Below, piece by piece: positions 34,839 through 46,821 of a stretch of DNA of 64,000 nt; within the stretch, counting starts at the first letter, position 1; every line of letters begins with the position of its first letter. This DNA is from Epiperipatus broadwayi. Lineage: Eukaryota; Animalia; Onychophora. The stretch lies in contig JAQFVV010000003.1 of the NCBI GenBank assembly GCA_028023455.1, positions 9,238,001 through 9,302,000 on the forward strand. The letters are read 5' to 3'. Below the pieces are notes generated by a model, which worked only from the letters and a program-made list of their open reading frames with translations, was not told the origin of the DNA and made no database searches. A program made the translations under genes and the position numbers.

Positions 34839-37412
34839 CTTACATTATATAGATATTGTTAAACATATATGATATGTACATATATATTACAATTATAAAT
34901 CATCAACAAAAATAATTATAACATATTGTACTGCTATTGAACAGCAATATATGTTTGTAATTTTATTAAAAATTACAGATAAAAATAAATTGTAAGTGGT
35001 TTAATTTAAAGATTTTTTTTTAAACCAAAAATAAAAAAAATAAAAAATATGTCATTATAGTTTTCTTTATAAACCTTCTTAGTAGGAGGAGGGAGATATG
35101 TATATGATAAAACTAAAGAAAGCTTAAAAAAAAAATTCTCCCTCTCTTTTAAAAAAAAAGAGCTTTTATAAAGTGAAAACTAAATAAATATGTAAAATTT
35201 AGAATAAGATTAATCTGTAAAAATTTATTTGTAAAAAAAAAAAAATTTATTATGTAATTAGTTTATAAGATTTTGATTAATAATAGAATCAAAATCAATA
35301 GTTGTATTAATTTGAAAAAAAAGTGTAAACTATTTTATCGAGAATGCTTCGATGAATCTGAGCAAGAGATTAAGATAACCAGAAATGGAAAATTAATTAA
35401 TAGACATTTCAAATTAAGATCTAAATTAAAAAATAACGATAAATTAAAATAATAGGAGAGAAAAGAGTATATAAAATCACTCTCTCTATTATTAGTGAGT
35501 GTGGTTTGTGATATAGGCTGGTTTTGTGATTTACAATCGGGGCTGCAATTTGCTACATCGTTCATCTGTTTGGACAATTATTATTCAGTTTGGACAAAAT
35601 GCAGAATCCAAACAAGCAGAGATCCAGATATTCGGAATGCAGTAGTAAGCCAGTCACTCACTGCTGCAGTCAACATTAATGGAGAAGCCACATAAGCCAT
35701 GGAGGTGTCCAGCAGGGCTTCATGACTCAAACCTCTGCATGTTAACTATTCCACCTGGAACAAATACTGGAAACTGATACCAAAATCATAAAATAGATGC
35801 TACCACTATTCTCTTTCTCTTCCCCAATGCTAAGTCATAGGATGGAAACAAGCCATCGATGGAGAACCAAAAAGGTCACTGGTTGGAAAATACACACAAT
35901 GAAACCCTAGGTAAAGAAATTTAAAATGTATTCTGATCACAGTCTAGACTCTTTATATTTAAATGAATGAACTTTAATTAACAAAGGACTATCATAATTT
36001 AGTCTGAGTAATTACTTATATATTTTTATATGTAAATTTTAATATTATTGTGTTATATTATATATGCGTGTGTTTAAAATAAATATTAATGTTTGCCTTA
36101 ATTGTTATTTTGTCTATTTTCTCTGTCTCTCTTGTCACTGCATCAACAGTCACTTATTGTATAAGTTACTTTATGTGTTAAGTAAATATGCTGGACCCTG
36201 AGACAGAGTATGAACTAGTTATGGGATATTTCAAGCACTGGATTATGGGCCTACCATCCAGGCATGTTAGTTACTTCATGTAATTAGCTGGTGCCTGAGG
36301 TTTACCTCTAAACAAATAAAATGCTTTGGATGGTAGGAGTTTGAATCTAACAGTCAAGGTGGGCCATGGTCTGGAAATGTGATCATGTTATGCTTTGCAT
36401 AGCTCAATCTGATCATGGGTATCATTGGTAGCTCTGCTTTCGATGGTATTCTCCCCTCTGCTTGAAGGGCTGGTCCATTCACATAATGTTGAAAACATAA
36501 AATTTAAAATTATGATAAATAAGGTTAAAACCCAATGAAACAATTTCTATTAAATGGATCCGGTTCAATATATATATATATTGGTCAGTAGATATATTTA
36601 CACATATTTGTATATATGTTGAACAAATGTTTTTACTTTATATATACATTATACCATTATTTAACAATTATGTAAAACCCCAAATATTTTTGGGAAACGC
36701 TGCATTATACCATTATTTAACAATTATGTATGTATGTATATATATATAAGATACCAACACATACATGTAAGCATTAAAAATAATATATAAGTGGTCATTG
36801 TTAATTAAAATAAGCCATTTTACTTTTCCCAATAATCATACATTACTAATTAATTAATTAATGTCTACAAATATATTCGATCTTTAATGGGATTTAACAT
36901 TTATATTTGGTATTAAAGAAAATATGATAATTTTTATCTAATAAAAAAAAATATTATCATTTGTGTATTTATTTAAAGACTATTATTTGAAATAAAGTGC
37001 TAGTTATAAAATATGGCTTTATTAATTAACATAATTCATAAAGAAGAATATAGCAACAGTATATGGTCATCAAGAACTGATATGTTCTAGTCTAACAGAT
37101 TAGATCTGTTCTGATTACAATTCATATAAAAGCCATTTATATATTTATTTTAATTAATGTGTGTTTAAAGTAAAAATGTAATGATTAAAGTAATTTTTAG
37201 AGATACAAGATTGCATACCTGAGCAGTCAGAGATATTTAATCTTTAATAGACTTTAAAGTTTATTTCCAGAGTTAAAGAAATTGCAATAATTTTTAATCT
37301 AATATAACATGATTTAATATTATTTGTGTTTATTCAAAAATTGCTGCTTGATATGAGTGCTGTTTAAAAAATACAATGCTTTTAAACTAAAATTATGATT
37401 TATTTTTTTAAG

Positions 37413-37605
37413 GTTTTGTATTATAATGCCAAACAATTAAATGAATATGATGAAAAGGGAGAATTAAAAAAAGAAAAAGATGACAAAGGAGTTGTGAAAT
37501 ATGTCTATCGAGAGTTGAATCTTGAAGAAAATGATCACTTTAATAACATTCCCGTAAATTTGAGCATTAGCACAGTTCATGTTCCGACAAATGTATACCA
37601 GAAAG
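37413..37605 (+). CDS. CACNA2D: alpha2/delta exon (VLYYNAK...DHFNNIPVNLSISTVHVPTNVYQK), VWA_N region
   Basis: TTTTTTTAAG acceptor, GTAGG donor, phase 0-1, 193 nt; the HFNNxPVNxSxSxVxVPTN motif is typical of the family. Confidence 0.95.
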
Positions 37606-37727
37606 GTAGGACAGATTTATTAAATTAAGTCAGAGGAAATTTGTAATATATTTTTTTATAATTATATTTAAAACAAAAATATTAAAGTAATAAAGAATTT
37701 ATTAATAAAAACATTTATTAATTGTAG

Positions 37728-37859
37728 CACCATCTGTACTCGAAGGAATTGCTTGGTCGGAGAAATTGGATGAAATGTTCCGCTTCAATTATGAAAAAGA
37801 CCCTACTCTTACATGGCAATATTTTGGAAGTGCAACTGGATTTTTTCGAAACTTTCCAG
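37728..37859 (+). CDS. CACNA2D: alpha2/delta exon ([44 protein letters not shown])
   Basis: TTGTAG acceptor, GTATTT donor, phase 1-1, 132 nt; hallmark WSExLD...[11 protein letters not shown] motif. Confidence 0.97.
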
Positions 37860-38049
37860 GTATTTTTTATTTTATTTAATAATGCTAATTTTTTATTTAT
37901 TCCTACTAAAATAAATTATATTAAAGAAATGTCTAGAAAACTATCATGACTTGATCAAAAGTTATCAGTCACAACATATTATTGTCTTTTTATTCTGCTT
38001 TTCTCCATGTAAAGAATATACATACATTATACATTAAATATAATATTTG

Positions 38050-38990
38050 ATGATAGTTAAACCCATCATTATTTGAGGCTACTTACACCCACACTCACAA
38101 ATTCCTTTCCAATATGAGATATCAGGTTTCAAAGCTTTCTTGTTCAAAAATTTTAAACTATGCAAATTTATGGCTTATGCCAAAGACCATCTGAAATCTT
38201 ACAAGAGAGACCTAATCTCTCTCCATGTTTAACAATCAAATTAGGTATTTTATAATAGACATAAACATGTCAAAGTCTCCTATCTGAATCCCTGGATCAA
38301 TAAGCCTTTCATCCCTAACATCCACACAAAATTAGGCTTCATCCTTTATAAAGATTTTAATATCAGTTTTCTATGCCTTCCTTGCCTCAATATACTTATC
38401 AATAATTCTAAAGGCAAGCTTAACAGTGTTGATGACAAATATCAACTAGTTTATTCTATAGTCTGCTCCTCTTGCAATAGTAAATATTTTGGTGAGACTC
38501 TCATCAACTAAAATTCAGTAAATCCCAACACACTTATCTATATAACAGAGCTAAAACAAATTCATAATATAATTAAGTGATTGTGAAACATGAGAAAACC
38601 TCTTGTCATGCTTCTAAACCAGCTTCTGCCAAGATTGTTTGTCTCAATAATAATTATAGAAAATGTAAAATCATAGAGGTTTGGCATATAATTAATTCTA
38701 CATTTACAATAAACATATGATCCAATAGTGTTCCCTTCAACAAACCCTGGGTATCCATTTTGAAACTTAAGCATTGCTTAATAATCCATCTATTATAAAT
38801 TTAATTATGAAAATCTTCTAATGCTCCTAGTTCAATCTTTTATAATTGAAAAAAAAAAAGACAACTATCTGCCAATTATCTCTCAGTTATTTTTGATACA
38901 GACACTCCATGTCGAAAGTTGACTTAGCAGATTAATAAACATATTATTTCAGCCATATTTATTATTATTATTCATCTTTTACATATTTCC
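38050..38990 (+). mobile_element. Degenerate Penelope-like element (thumb/GIY-YIG, 3' hammerhead-like motif)
   Basis: 38401-38500 translates as NNSKGKLNSVDDKYQLVYSIVCSSCNSKYFGET (GIY-YIG). Boundaries approximate. Confidence 0.72.
38886..38940 (+). ncRNA. Hammerhead-like motif, U3-A8 type, decayed
   Basis: TTGATACA GACA ctcca TGTC GAAA GTTGAC T T AG: stem II GACA/TGTC, stem III AGTTGACT (palindrome AGTCGACT after CpG decay), triplet CUU. Position 9 is atypical and stem I is weak. Confidence 0.5.
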
Positions 38991-39033
38991 TATGGCTTCA
39001 ATCTTTGTTTTATATATATATTAAAACATTAAA

Positions 39034-39172
39034 TTTTGATGCCTGTATTCCTTCTATATATATATATTGTAATAGAAAAATAATATGAAGATATACTGAT
39101 ATTATATTTTGATGCCTGTATTCCTTCTATATATATATATTGTAATAGAAAAATAATATGAAGATATACTGA
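39034..39172. repeat. Two-copy tandem duplication of about 70 bp
   Basis: TTTTGATGCCTGTATTCCTTCTATATATATATATTGTAATAGAAAAATAATATGAAGATATACTGA occurs twice. Confidence 0.85.
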
Positions 39173-42100
39173 GAAAAAATGCACCAAACATTGGTAGGCC
39201 AATTGTAATAGTGCAATAAAATATAATCTCAATGAAGAAAGAAAATACACATATGAAGAAAGATGAATTGGCCCCAATCATTGGGAAAGCCAATTGTAAT
39301 GCAAAATGATACAAATATAGCATATTATGTACATATACTGGGGAAAGAATGCCCAAAACATTGGATGACAATTGGAATGGAAAAACAACATGTAGATATC
39401 AAATGATATAGCATTAAATTTAATCAACAGTTAACCACGCCATAACGATGGCATACCATAATAATGGAATGACTATAGCATATCATACACATATACTGTT
39501 ACAATGGCTATCTGTATAAAATAAACTTAATAGTATAGAGCATTGACTAGAGTATGTTACTAATTAGTTCTCAGGGTTAATTTAACTTACAATTAATTAT
39601 ATACCAAATATAATTTGGAACAAAAGGAATTTTATTGAATCCAAAATATATCTATCCAATTGAAATTACCAATAATTTAATATTTTCATATCTGCTAGCT
39701 TGTGGAACTGATGCACTAAAAATAGAGAAAAAGAAAATTAATAAATGTCAAAACTCAAAGTCATTCTTTTATATAAAATAAAGGATATAGCTTTATTCCA
39801 AGATTGCGATCTTAGATTTACAATAGCATAAATACACATATATATCTGGGAAACATAGTAATGGTTTTGTTTTTCAAATACTATTTTTTATATGCAAATC
39901 AAGTACCAGATTTAACAATAACACTTATAATTTGCAATTTATATTCATATAGGAATTGTATAAGCTGTTATGAAATTAAATAAATACACAAACAGATAAA
40001 CAAATTGTAGATATCTCGTTAAATTAGTAACTTAGATCATAGATGGATTTCTTTAATATACTTTTTTATATAAATACTACTTTAAAGTAGAAAATAACTA
40101 AATGACTGAATTAAGCAAATATTAAATAGATTCAATGAATTAGCCATTTATCAGAAGTCATTTATATACACATAAGTTATAAATTCAATGTCCACATAAT
40201 GTAAATCATCTAAATAAACATTTAAAATAACCAAGTGATTTACACCTCCATTGGAAAAGTTCTGGATGATCATAGCATATACATAACATGTGTGGATTAT
40301 ATCAACTGGCCATATGCTTATAAATTCAAACATTTACAGTTATAAAATATTGTTGGTTGGTTTGTGAATGATTACAAATCATGATAGCACAAAACACAGA
40401 CATTCTTATACTTTAAAGCACTAACATAACTGAGTGCATCCTGAAGGAATCACATCCTTCAAACAAACTTATCTTGACATTACATATTAAAAATATAAAC
40501 AACCTCACCTACTATGGTGGAAAATTTAGTTTGAATTAAACCTCATGAGTGATAGACCCAAAAAGAAGACTCCGCAGAGCAACTAGCATAAATATATCAA
40601 AAGCATGGTGGCTTCCAAAATAACACCTACATTTGAAATAAAATAGGATGCCTGGACCTTTTGTCTCAGCACATCAGAAAAATATATGGAGAGGCTCACC
40701 GAAAACAACAACAATAGGTACCTAAAAATATATGATTATAGTCACTAGAAACATAAGCACTATCAACTCATGGACAACTGTAACACAGATGGGGAATTTA
40801 TCTGCTCCATCCAGCAACATAATAATAACTATAATAAATAAGGCCTGACATACTAAGGCCATTCTACAACTAACAATACCAAGATAAAAACTTCACAATA
40901 GTTGACTAAAGTTATAACCATAATTTTAACCTCAATAAACAATAAATAATGTCTGCACCAACAAATAAATTTAAAAATCAATCGATTGAAATATAAATAA
41001 AGATGATGACTAGCATATGAAATATTGGCACTAAGATATAATGCACACAAGTATGGAATATTAAATATTTTAACTTATGAAATTTATTGGACATGAATAA
41101 AATACAACCAAATTATGTGAAAAATAATTGAAGAACTAAGATAATTATTAAACAATGATATAATTTATAAATACAGTTCTATAAAATTTGTATATTTATA
41201 CAACTCCTGTGCAATGAAATATAATTTATTGCTTTCCAATTTAAATTGACAAATATATGCAAACACGAATCAAATAAAAAGTAAAAAAAAAAACATTATA
41301 TATATATTTATAATTACAACATATTCGCTTAGTTTAAGCTATAAAATGTCTTTAAAATAAATAAACAAATATATATATATTAAAATCTACTTTCATCATT
41401 CTTAAGATTTTAACATTCAAAAGAAATTTATAAGTTAGTTTCCAAATATTTTAGTTGTATATTCTTTCATAAAGATGTAATTAAATGTTACATAAAAAAA
41501 AATAGACAATAAAAAAAATAAGATAAATTTTTGTTACCATTTAACTGCTTTAGTGTCCAGTCATTTTCAAATCAGCCAGTTATTTCAAGCACTTTCACTT
41601 ATTTTATTCATCCTAAAAATCGCTCAAAGTGACATTAAAATATGTACATATTATCAGTGAGTTAATGTATTTGTTTCTTTTTGTTAAAACAATTGATTTC
41701 AATCATTTCCTTGATGTTCAATTATGTATGTGGTTAAGTTGAATATTACTTTGGATTATTAAGAAATTTTGAAGTTATAATAAGATATATCAATATTATT
41801 ATAAATAGCAATTTTTTAACTTATCTATGAATGCCGGTTTACTTTTAGGTTTTATGCTTCACGAGGTTTCCAATGGTGATAGATTGGCAAGAAAAGGAGG
41901 CAAATCATCCCAAAATGATTAAAGTTGTACTTAGCAAATCATCTTTAGTATTAATCCTAAATCTAATAATTATTGTAATGAGATTTATAATAAGAATTTG
42001 GGGAAATGACGAATAAAAATTATGTCTTCTTCCTTCCTTTGTTTTTTTTATTAACTAGTAATAATAATAATAATGTTTCTCCCCCCCCCCCCCCCCCCCC

Positions 42101-42641
42101 CTATTTTTTAAAATTTTTAAAAAAAAATTTTAAACCTTTTTTTTAAATTTTTAAAAAATTTTTTAAATAACAAAATAAAATAAAAATAATGTCAATAAAA
42201 AAAAATACATATATATTACATTGAAAAATTTATGTTGTAATTTACAAATCAAATGAATAACTAAACAACCAGAATAATATTACTACATCTTTTATAAATT
42301 TTTAAAAAATAAATAAATAATTAAAGGTACAATATAATTATATTTACCACTATTTCTTTATACATATACTCATAATTATATACATATATATTGCCATTAT
42401 AATGATCTATCTCAAAACAAAGCATATCATAATAAATAAATAAACCTGAACTAAATAACAATAAAACAATTAATAACAATAACAGTAACAATAAAGTAAA
42501 ACAATATCAAAGACATTTTTTTAAAACCATACTAGAACTTCAAAAAGTAAGGATGGATTTTCTATCCTGTATAATATATATAAAATTCAACTTAATATAA
42601 ATGAAAGTACAGTAATATTCATATAATTAATCTTATTCTGT

Positions 42642-42684
42642 TAGAAGTACTTTAGACTATATTCCTTTTAGTTTTTGTCAGTTA
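42642..42684 (-). ncRNA. Decayed hammerhead motif (left arm)
   Basis: TAA CTGACAA AAACTA aaaggaata TAGTC TAAA GTAC T T CTA; palindromic stem III AGTACT. Confidence 0.5.
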
Positions 42685-43748
42685 TATAATGATATAACAT
42701 TGAAAATAAAAATGAGGCATTATTTTATAAATCCTGTAATTCTATTCAGTTTTCCCACAATTTTGTTATTTTAATGTTTGATGATTCATTAATACTTGAC
42801 AATTTCTCGAAATTAATATAGCTTCTTTTATTATTCATTTATTGTGGCAACATTCAATTTGTATAATTTTTATGTTTTTATAATCAAATTTAAACCTGTA
42901 TTTACAAGTTTTATTGTGATCAAATATAACTGATGCTGAAGGTCAATTTTCATCTTTTCCTAATTGTTTGTCTTTTTGAACTCTTTTATATAAAAGCATA
43001 TGTTCTTTTATTCTTTTTTCTAATGTACATCTAGACTTTCAATGTATTGTAAATCACATTCACAAATTAATTTATACATAATACAATTTTGACTCGAATT
43101 TAAATTTTTGCTTTTAGAGTTATTAATTAATCTATTTGTATTATTTGTTAAGAAAAAGCAGTTTGGTTCAAACAATTATAAATTCTTCTCATTATAACTA
43201 AAAATAATATTACAACAAAATGGATTGCAATGCCATTTATATCAAGTGAACAATTTAAGTTTATGAAAAAAATTTCAACAAATAATACAAATAGATTAAT
43301 TAATGACTCTAAAAGCAGAAATTTAAGTTCAAATCAAAATTGTATTATCTATAAATTTATATGTGAATGTGGCTTACAATACATCGGAGAGTCTAGATAT
43401 ACATTAAAAAAAAATAAAAGAACATATGCTTTTATATAAAAGAGTTCAAAAAGATAAACAATTAGGAAAAGAGGAAAATTGACCTTCAGCATCAGTTATA
43501 TTTGATCACAATAAAACTTGTAAATACAGGTTTAAATTTGATTATAAAAACATAAAAATTATACAGATTGAATGTTGCCACAATAAACAAAAAATAAAAG
43601 AAGTTATATTAATTTTAAGAAATCGTCAAGTATTAATGAATCACCAATCATCAAACATTAAAATAACAGAATTGTGGAAAAACTTCATAGAATTATGGGA
43701 GTTATAAAATTATGTCTCTTTTTGATTATTCAACATAATATCATTATA

Positions 43749-43782
43749 TAGTTGACAAAAAACATAGTCAAAAGTACTTCTA
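43749..43782 (+). ncRNA. Decayed hammerhead motif, U3-A8 (right arm)
   Basis: TAG TTGACAA AAAACA TAGTC AAAA GTAC T T CTA; deletion in stem II/loop, G12 lost. Confidence 0.5.
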
Positions 43783-44010
43783 ACAGAATAAATTAATTAT
43801 GTGAATATTTCTGTATTTAATATATATTAAGTTGAAATTTATTGAGCAGAATATATATATAAATAATATATATATACTGTGCTATATTAATACTAATATA
43901 AAAAAAGAAATATTGTCAGAGTTTAAATATTTTTATTAAATTATTAGCACAAGTATACTTTTAATGCTCTCATATCATATTCATGATTATTTAAACTATG
44001 ACTTAGTATT

Positions 44011-44015
<5 letters not shown>

Positions 44016-44069
<54 letters not shown>
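44016..44069. repeat. (TA)n microsatellite
   Basis: Uninterrupted TA run. Confidence 0.97.
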
Positions 44070-44070
<1 letters not shown>

Positions 44071-46435
44071 CTTTTAATTATATATGTGTGTGTGTTTATT
44101 TGGATTGTATTTGGAAAATTATTGGATATAGTTTGATTTTGATTTATGACCTTCAGTGATAAGCTTTTAGACATGAAGCATTTTAGATGAAGAAATAAGA
44201 TATGGAATTAAATCTATAAAAAAGGAAAAGGGTTATGAAATGATGAAATTATTGCTGTTATATTAAAAAAATGGTTGAAAAAATAGAAAAATTGTTAGCA
44301 AAGCTGTAAACCAAATGTCTGAATAATAGAGATATACAACTTGATTGGAAGAAAACAATAATAATATTCATATTTAAGGATGGTGTTAAAAAAATTAGAT
44401 ATGCCAGATGGGCAGTTTTTTTATCACTTCTATATAAGATTTTCAGCAAGATAACAATTCACCTATAGCAAAATTTGGACTCAAATCAATCAAAATATAA
44501 ACTGAATTTAAAAGTGATTTTAATATTACAGATCACATCCAAGGATTGGGCGAAGTTATCAAAAAGACCAATGAGTATGAGTTGATTTGTGATTAAAGCT
44601 TTGGACTATAATGATAAATAATTGGGCTATTGTTATATTCTGAAGAATATTTATTGGAATGCAATGGCAGTGATTAAATTACATAGTGATATTAAAAATT
44701 AATATTAATAAGGGTGTGCAACAGTGTGATTACATATCTTCAAAACCTTTTGTCAGCAGTTTTATAATAAACATTTTGTTGAATAAAATTGAAAGCTAAG
44801 ATAATAAAAAATATGGAGATTATTTATGCCAATTTACATAAAACAAATTAATTTCACACATTTTTGTCTTACAAATCTTGTTTAATTTCTGAACCATTTT
44901 TTATTTCAATTTTCTTCCAACATATTATATACATTGAAATTAATAGGCCATATTTGATAAGAAAATAGAATAATAAATGAAGCTTTTTGTGAATAATCTT
45001 TCAGAGCTTCAGAAAATGTTACCACAGTTATTAGAAAAAATAAAAAAATAGGACCAAAGTTAAGTGCTAAAATGTCCAAAGTAATGCTCAATGAAATTTT
45101 ATAGAAGAAAATAACAAAGCTTGATCATCATGAATTAGAAGAAATTAATAACTACAAACACCATATTCTTATCAGTTGAACTATAATGGATGGAATTAAT
45201 TATAGAATTAAACTTGGATGTGTTTTTTCTAAATATGATCTAATATTAAAAGAAAATTTAACTATGTGTTTGGAAATGAATTTCTTTAAAAATGAATTTA
45301 ATCAATTTTTACATATTGGATATGATACCACAAGTGAATTCAGAGAACTTCAAAGTATAGATGGATGCATATTGGAAATAACAGAGATCAAAAATTAAAT
45401 CTGTGTATGGGAGAACAAACAAATATCATTGACATCATTGAAAAAATGAAGAGTTGGAATGAAGCTAAGTTGAACATATTTCTAGAAGAGATTACAATAG
45501 GTAGACATTTAAAGTCTTAAACTGGATCTTATGAGATTGTAAAAGATTTAAAAAGAGACTGCACATTAGATGGATTGATTAAAACTAGGAAGTTTGCTGT
45601 AATAATGTAGACAAGAAAAACTGGATTAAACTTAGAAAGATTTTTATTCTGCAGTGTATTGATACTATTTGAAAATGATGATGATAACTATTTCTAAAAG
45701 CATATTTTAAATCCAAGCAGAGAAAGTCATATGATATTGTTTTGTATACATCTTTCTCAGACATAAAATCAAATCAATGTAGAGAACTTCTTAAATTTTT
45801 TAACTATCGTTTTTAGGAATTCATTGCAAAAAAATAAGGCAAAAGATGTGACAACAGTAATCCATTTCTTCTCATTTTAGATCGAATGGCATAAAATTCT
45901 CTTGATTTTGAAACAAGGACAGTTTACAGTAGTCAGTAATGATATATTCTAGTGGTCTCAGTTATAAGCTAACTTGTGACATCTTTGATTTTTAATGATA
46001 AAGCATGAAAGATTAAAAATCCGTATAATTATAGTCCTTAAATATATAGTATCTGACTTATTGTCAAACCATTATAAATAAGCAAGGGAACTTATATTGG
46101 TTGAAAAAAAAATAGTACTTATAATTAAAATGCTTTTATATTGTTAAGTGAGTATTGATATGAGTTTGCACCTGAATCAATAATAAAGAAAGCAGTTTTT
46201 TTTTGATAATTACAGACATAATATTTTTCATTGTTTATGATAATTTTTTAACTCAGTTTTCAAGAAAAGATGAAACGGATTTTTTTTTTTTCATCACGAT
46301 AAAACTTGAATCTATGCCTTCGCACATATTTATTAGAAATGTAATTAATGGTGTGTACACATTGAACAGTTTTCCTATTATTGAAGTTTTCTGTGTATAA
46401 TTTGTTTTAAAATAGGTAATTTTTTTATCTTTTAG

Positions 46436-46496
46436 GAATGAAATGGCAAGTAGTGGAAGATGGCCTAGATTTATTTGACTGTAGAACTCGAACCTG
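46436..46496 (+). CDS. CACNA2D: alpha2/delta exon (GMKWQVVEDGLDLFDCRTRTW)
   Basis: TTTTAG acceptor, GTAAG donor, phase 1-2, 61 nt; DLFDCRxRxW motif. Confidence 0.96.
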
Positions 46497-46742
46497 GTAA
46501 GAATATTTTGATCAACATAATTAGATTTCAATTTGTAAAATATTTTTGAATTAATAGATTTAAATACTTATTTAAGTTTATTTTTATATGAAAGTCAGTT
46601 CATTATTACAATTTGGTTATAAATAGAAGATAGGAAACTGAAAAAGAAAATTATTTATTGCCATAATGGCTACTGCTATATTGATGCGCATATCCCAAAA
46701 CCTATTTATCTTAGCTATGTTTTTTCTTTGTCATATGTCATA

Positions 46743-46821
46743 ACATCGGCCGGGAAGCGAACCCGCTAACCCGGGACAACTGCTTGTAAGGCGGCTGTGC
46801 TGACCTCTCAACCACCAACGC
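46743..46821 (-). pseudogene. tRNA-Gly(TCC)-derived pseudogene or SINE head
   Basis: GCGTTGGTGGT...GC CT TAC AA GCAGTTG...CCCGG...GGTTCGCTTCCCGGCC follows the conserved metazoan tRNA-Gly(TCC) sequence, with anticodon position TAC, an 8-nt insertion before the T-loop and a mismatched acceptor 3' strand. Confidence 0.75.

Larger units (their letters stand above)
42580..43843. mobile_element. Older fold-back Penelope insertion (GIY-YIG arms 42580-43149 and 43277-43843, about 125-bp spacer)
   Basis: 43230-43439 NRLINDSK...NCIIYKFICECGLQYIGESRYTL, related to the 8-9.9 kb family. Arms are reverse complements with several indels. Confidence 0.88.

Noticed and set aside
40560-41040. Possible further Penelope RT remnant (YMERLTEN) with a GATGATGA...GAAA motif
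   Set aside because: Too degenerate: one short motif only, and the helices do not close.
41849-41925. Possible alternative alpha2/delta exon after TTTTAG (CpG-containing patch)
   Set aside because: The required phase-1 frame hits TAA after about 25 codons. A 27-nt frame-preserving microexon would need a weak GTGATA donor, and the peptide does not resemble the family.
42079-42180. Poly-C run followed by A/T homopolymer blocks
   Set aside because: Looks like low-quality sequence after a homopolymer; no interpretable structure.
8045-43843. Palindromes as amplification or long-read chimera artefacts
   Set aside because: The arms differ from each other to varying degrees, are confined to element bodies, and in three cases are flanked by TSDs with one-sided tails. 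Read-level confirmation is still advisable.
44400-45700. Possible decayed LINE RT on the + strand
   Set aside because: Only scattered weak resemblances (AKFGL, FLHIG); no diagnostic motif could be read.
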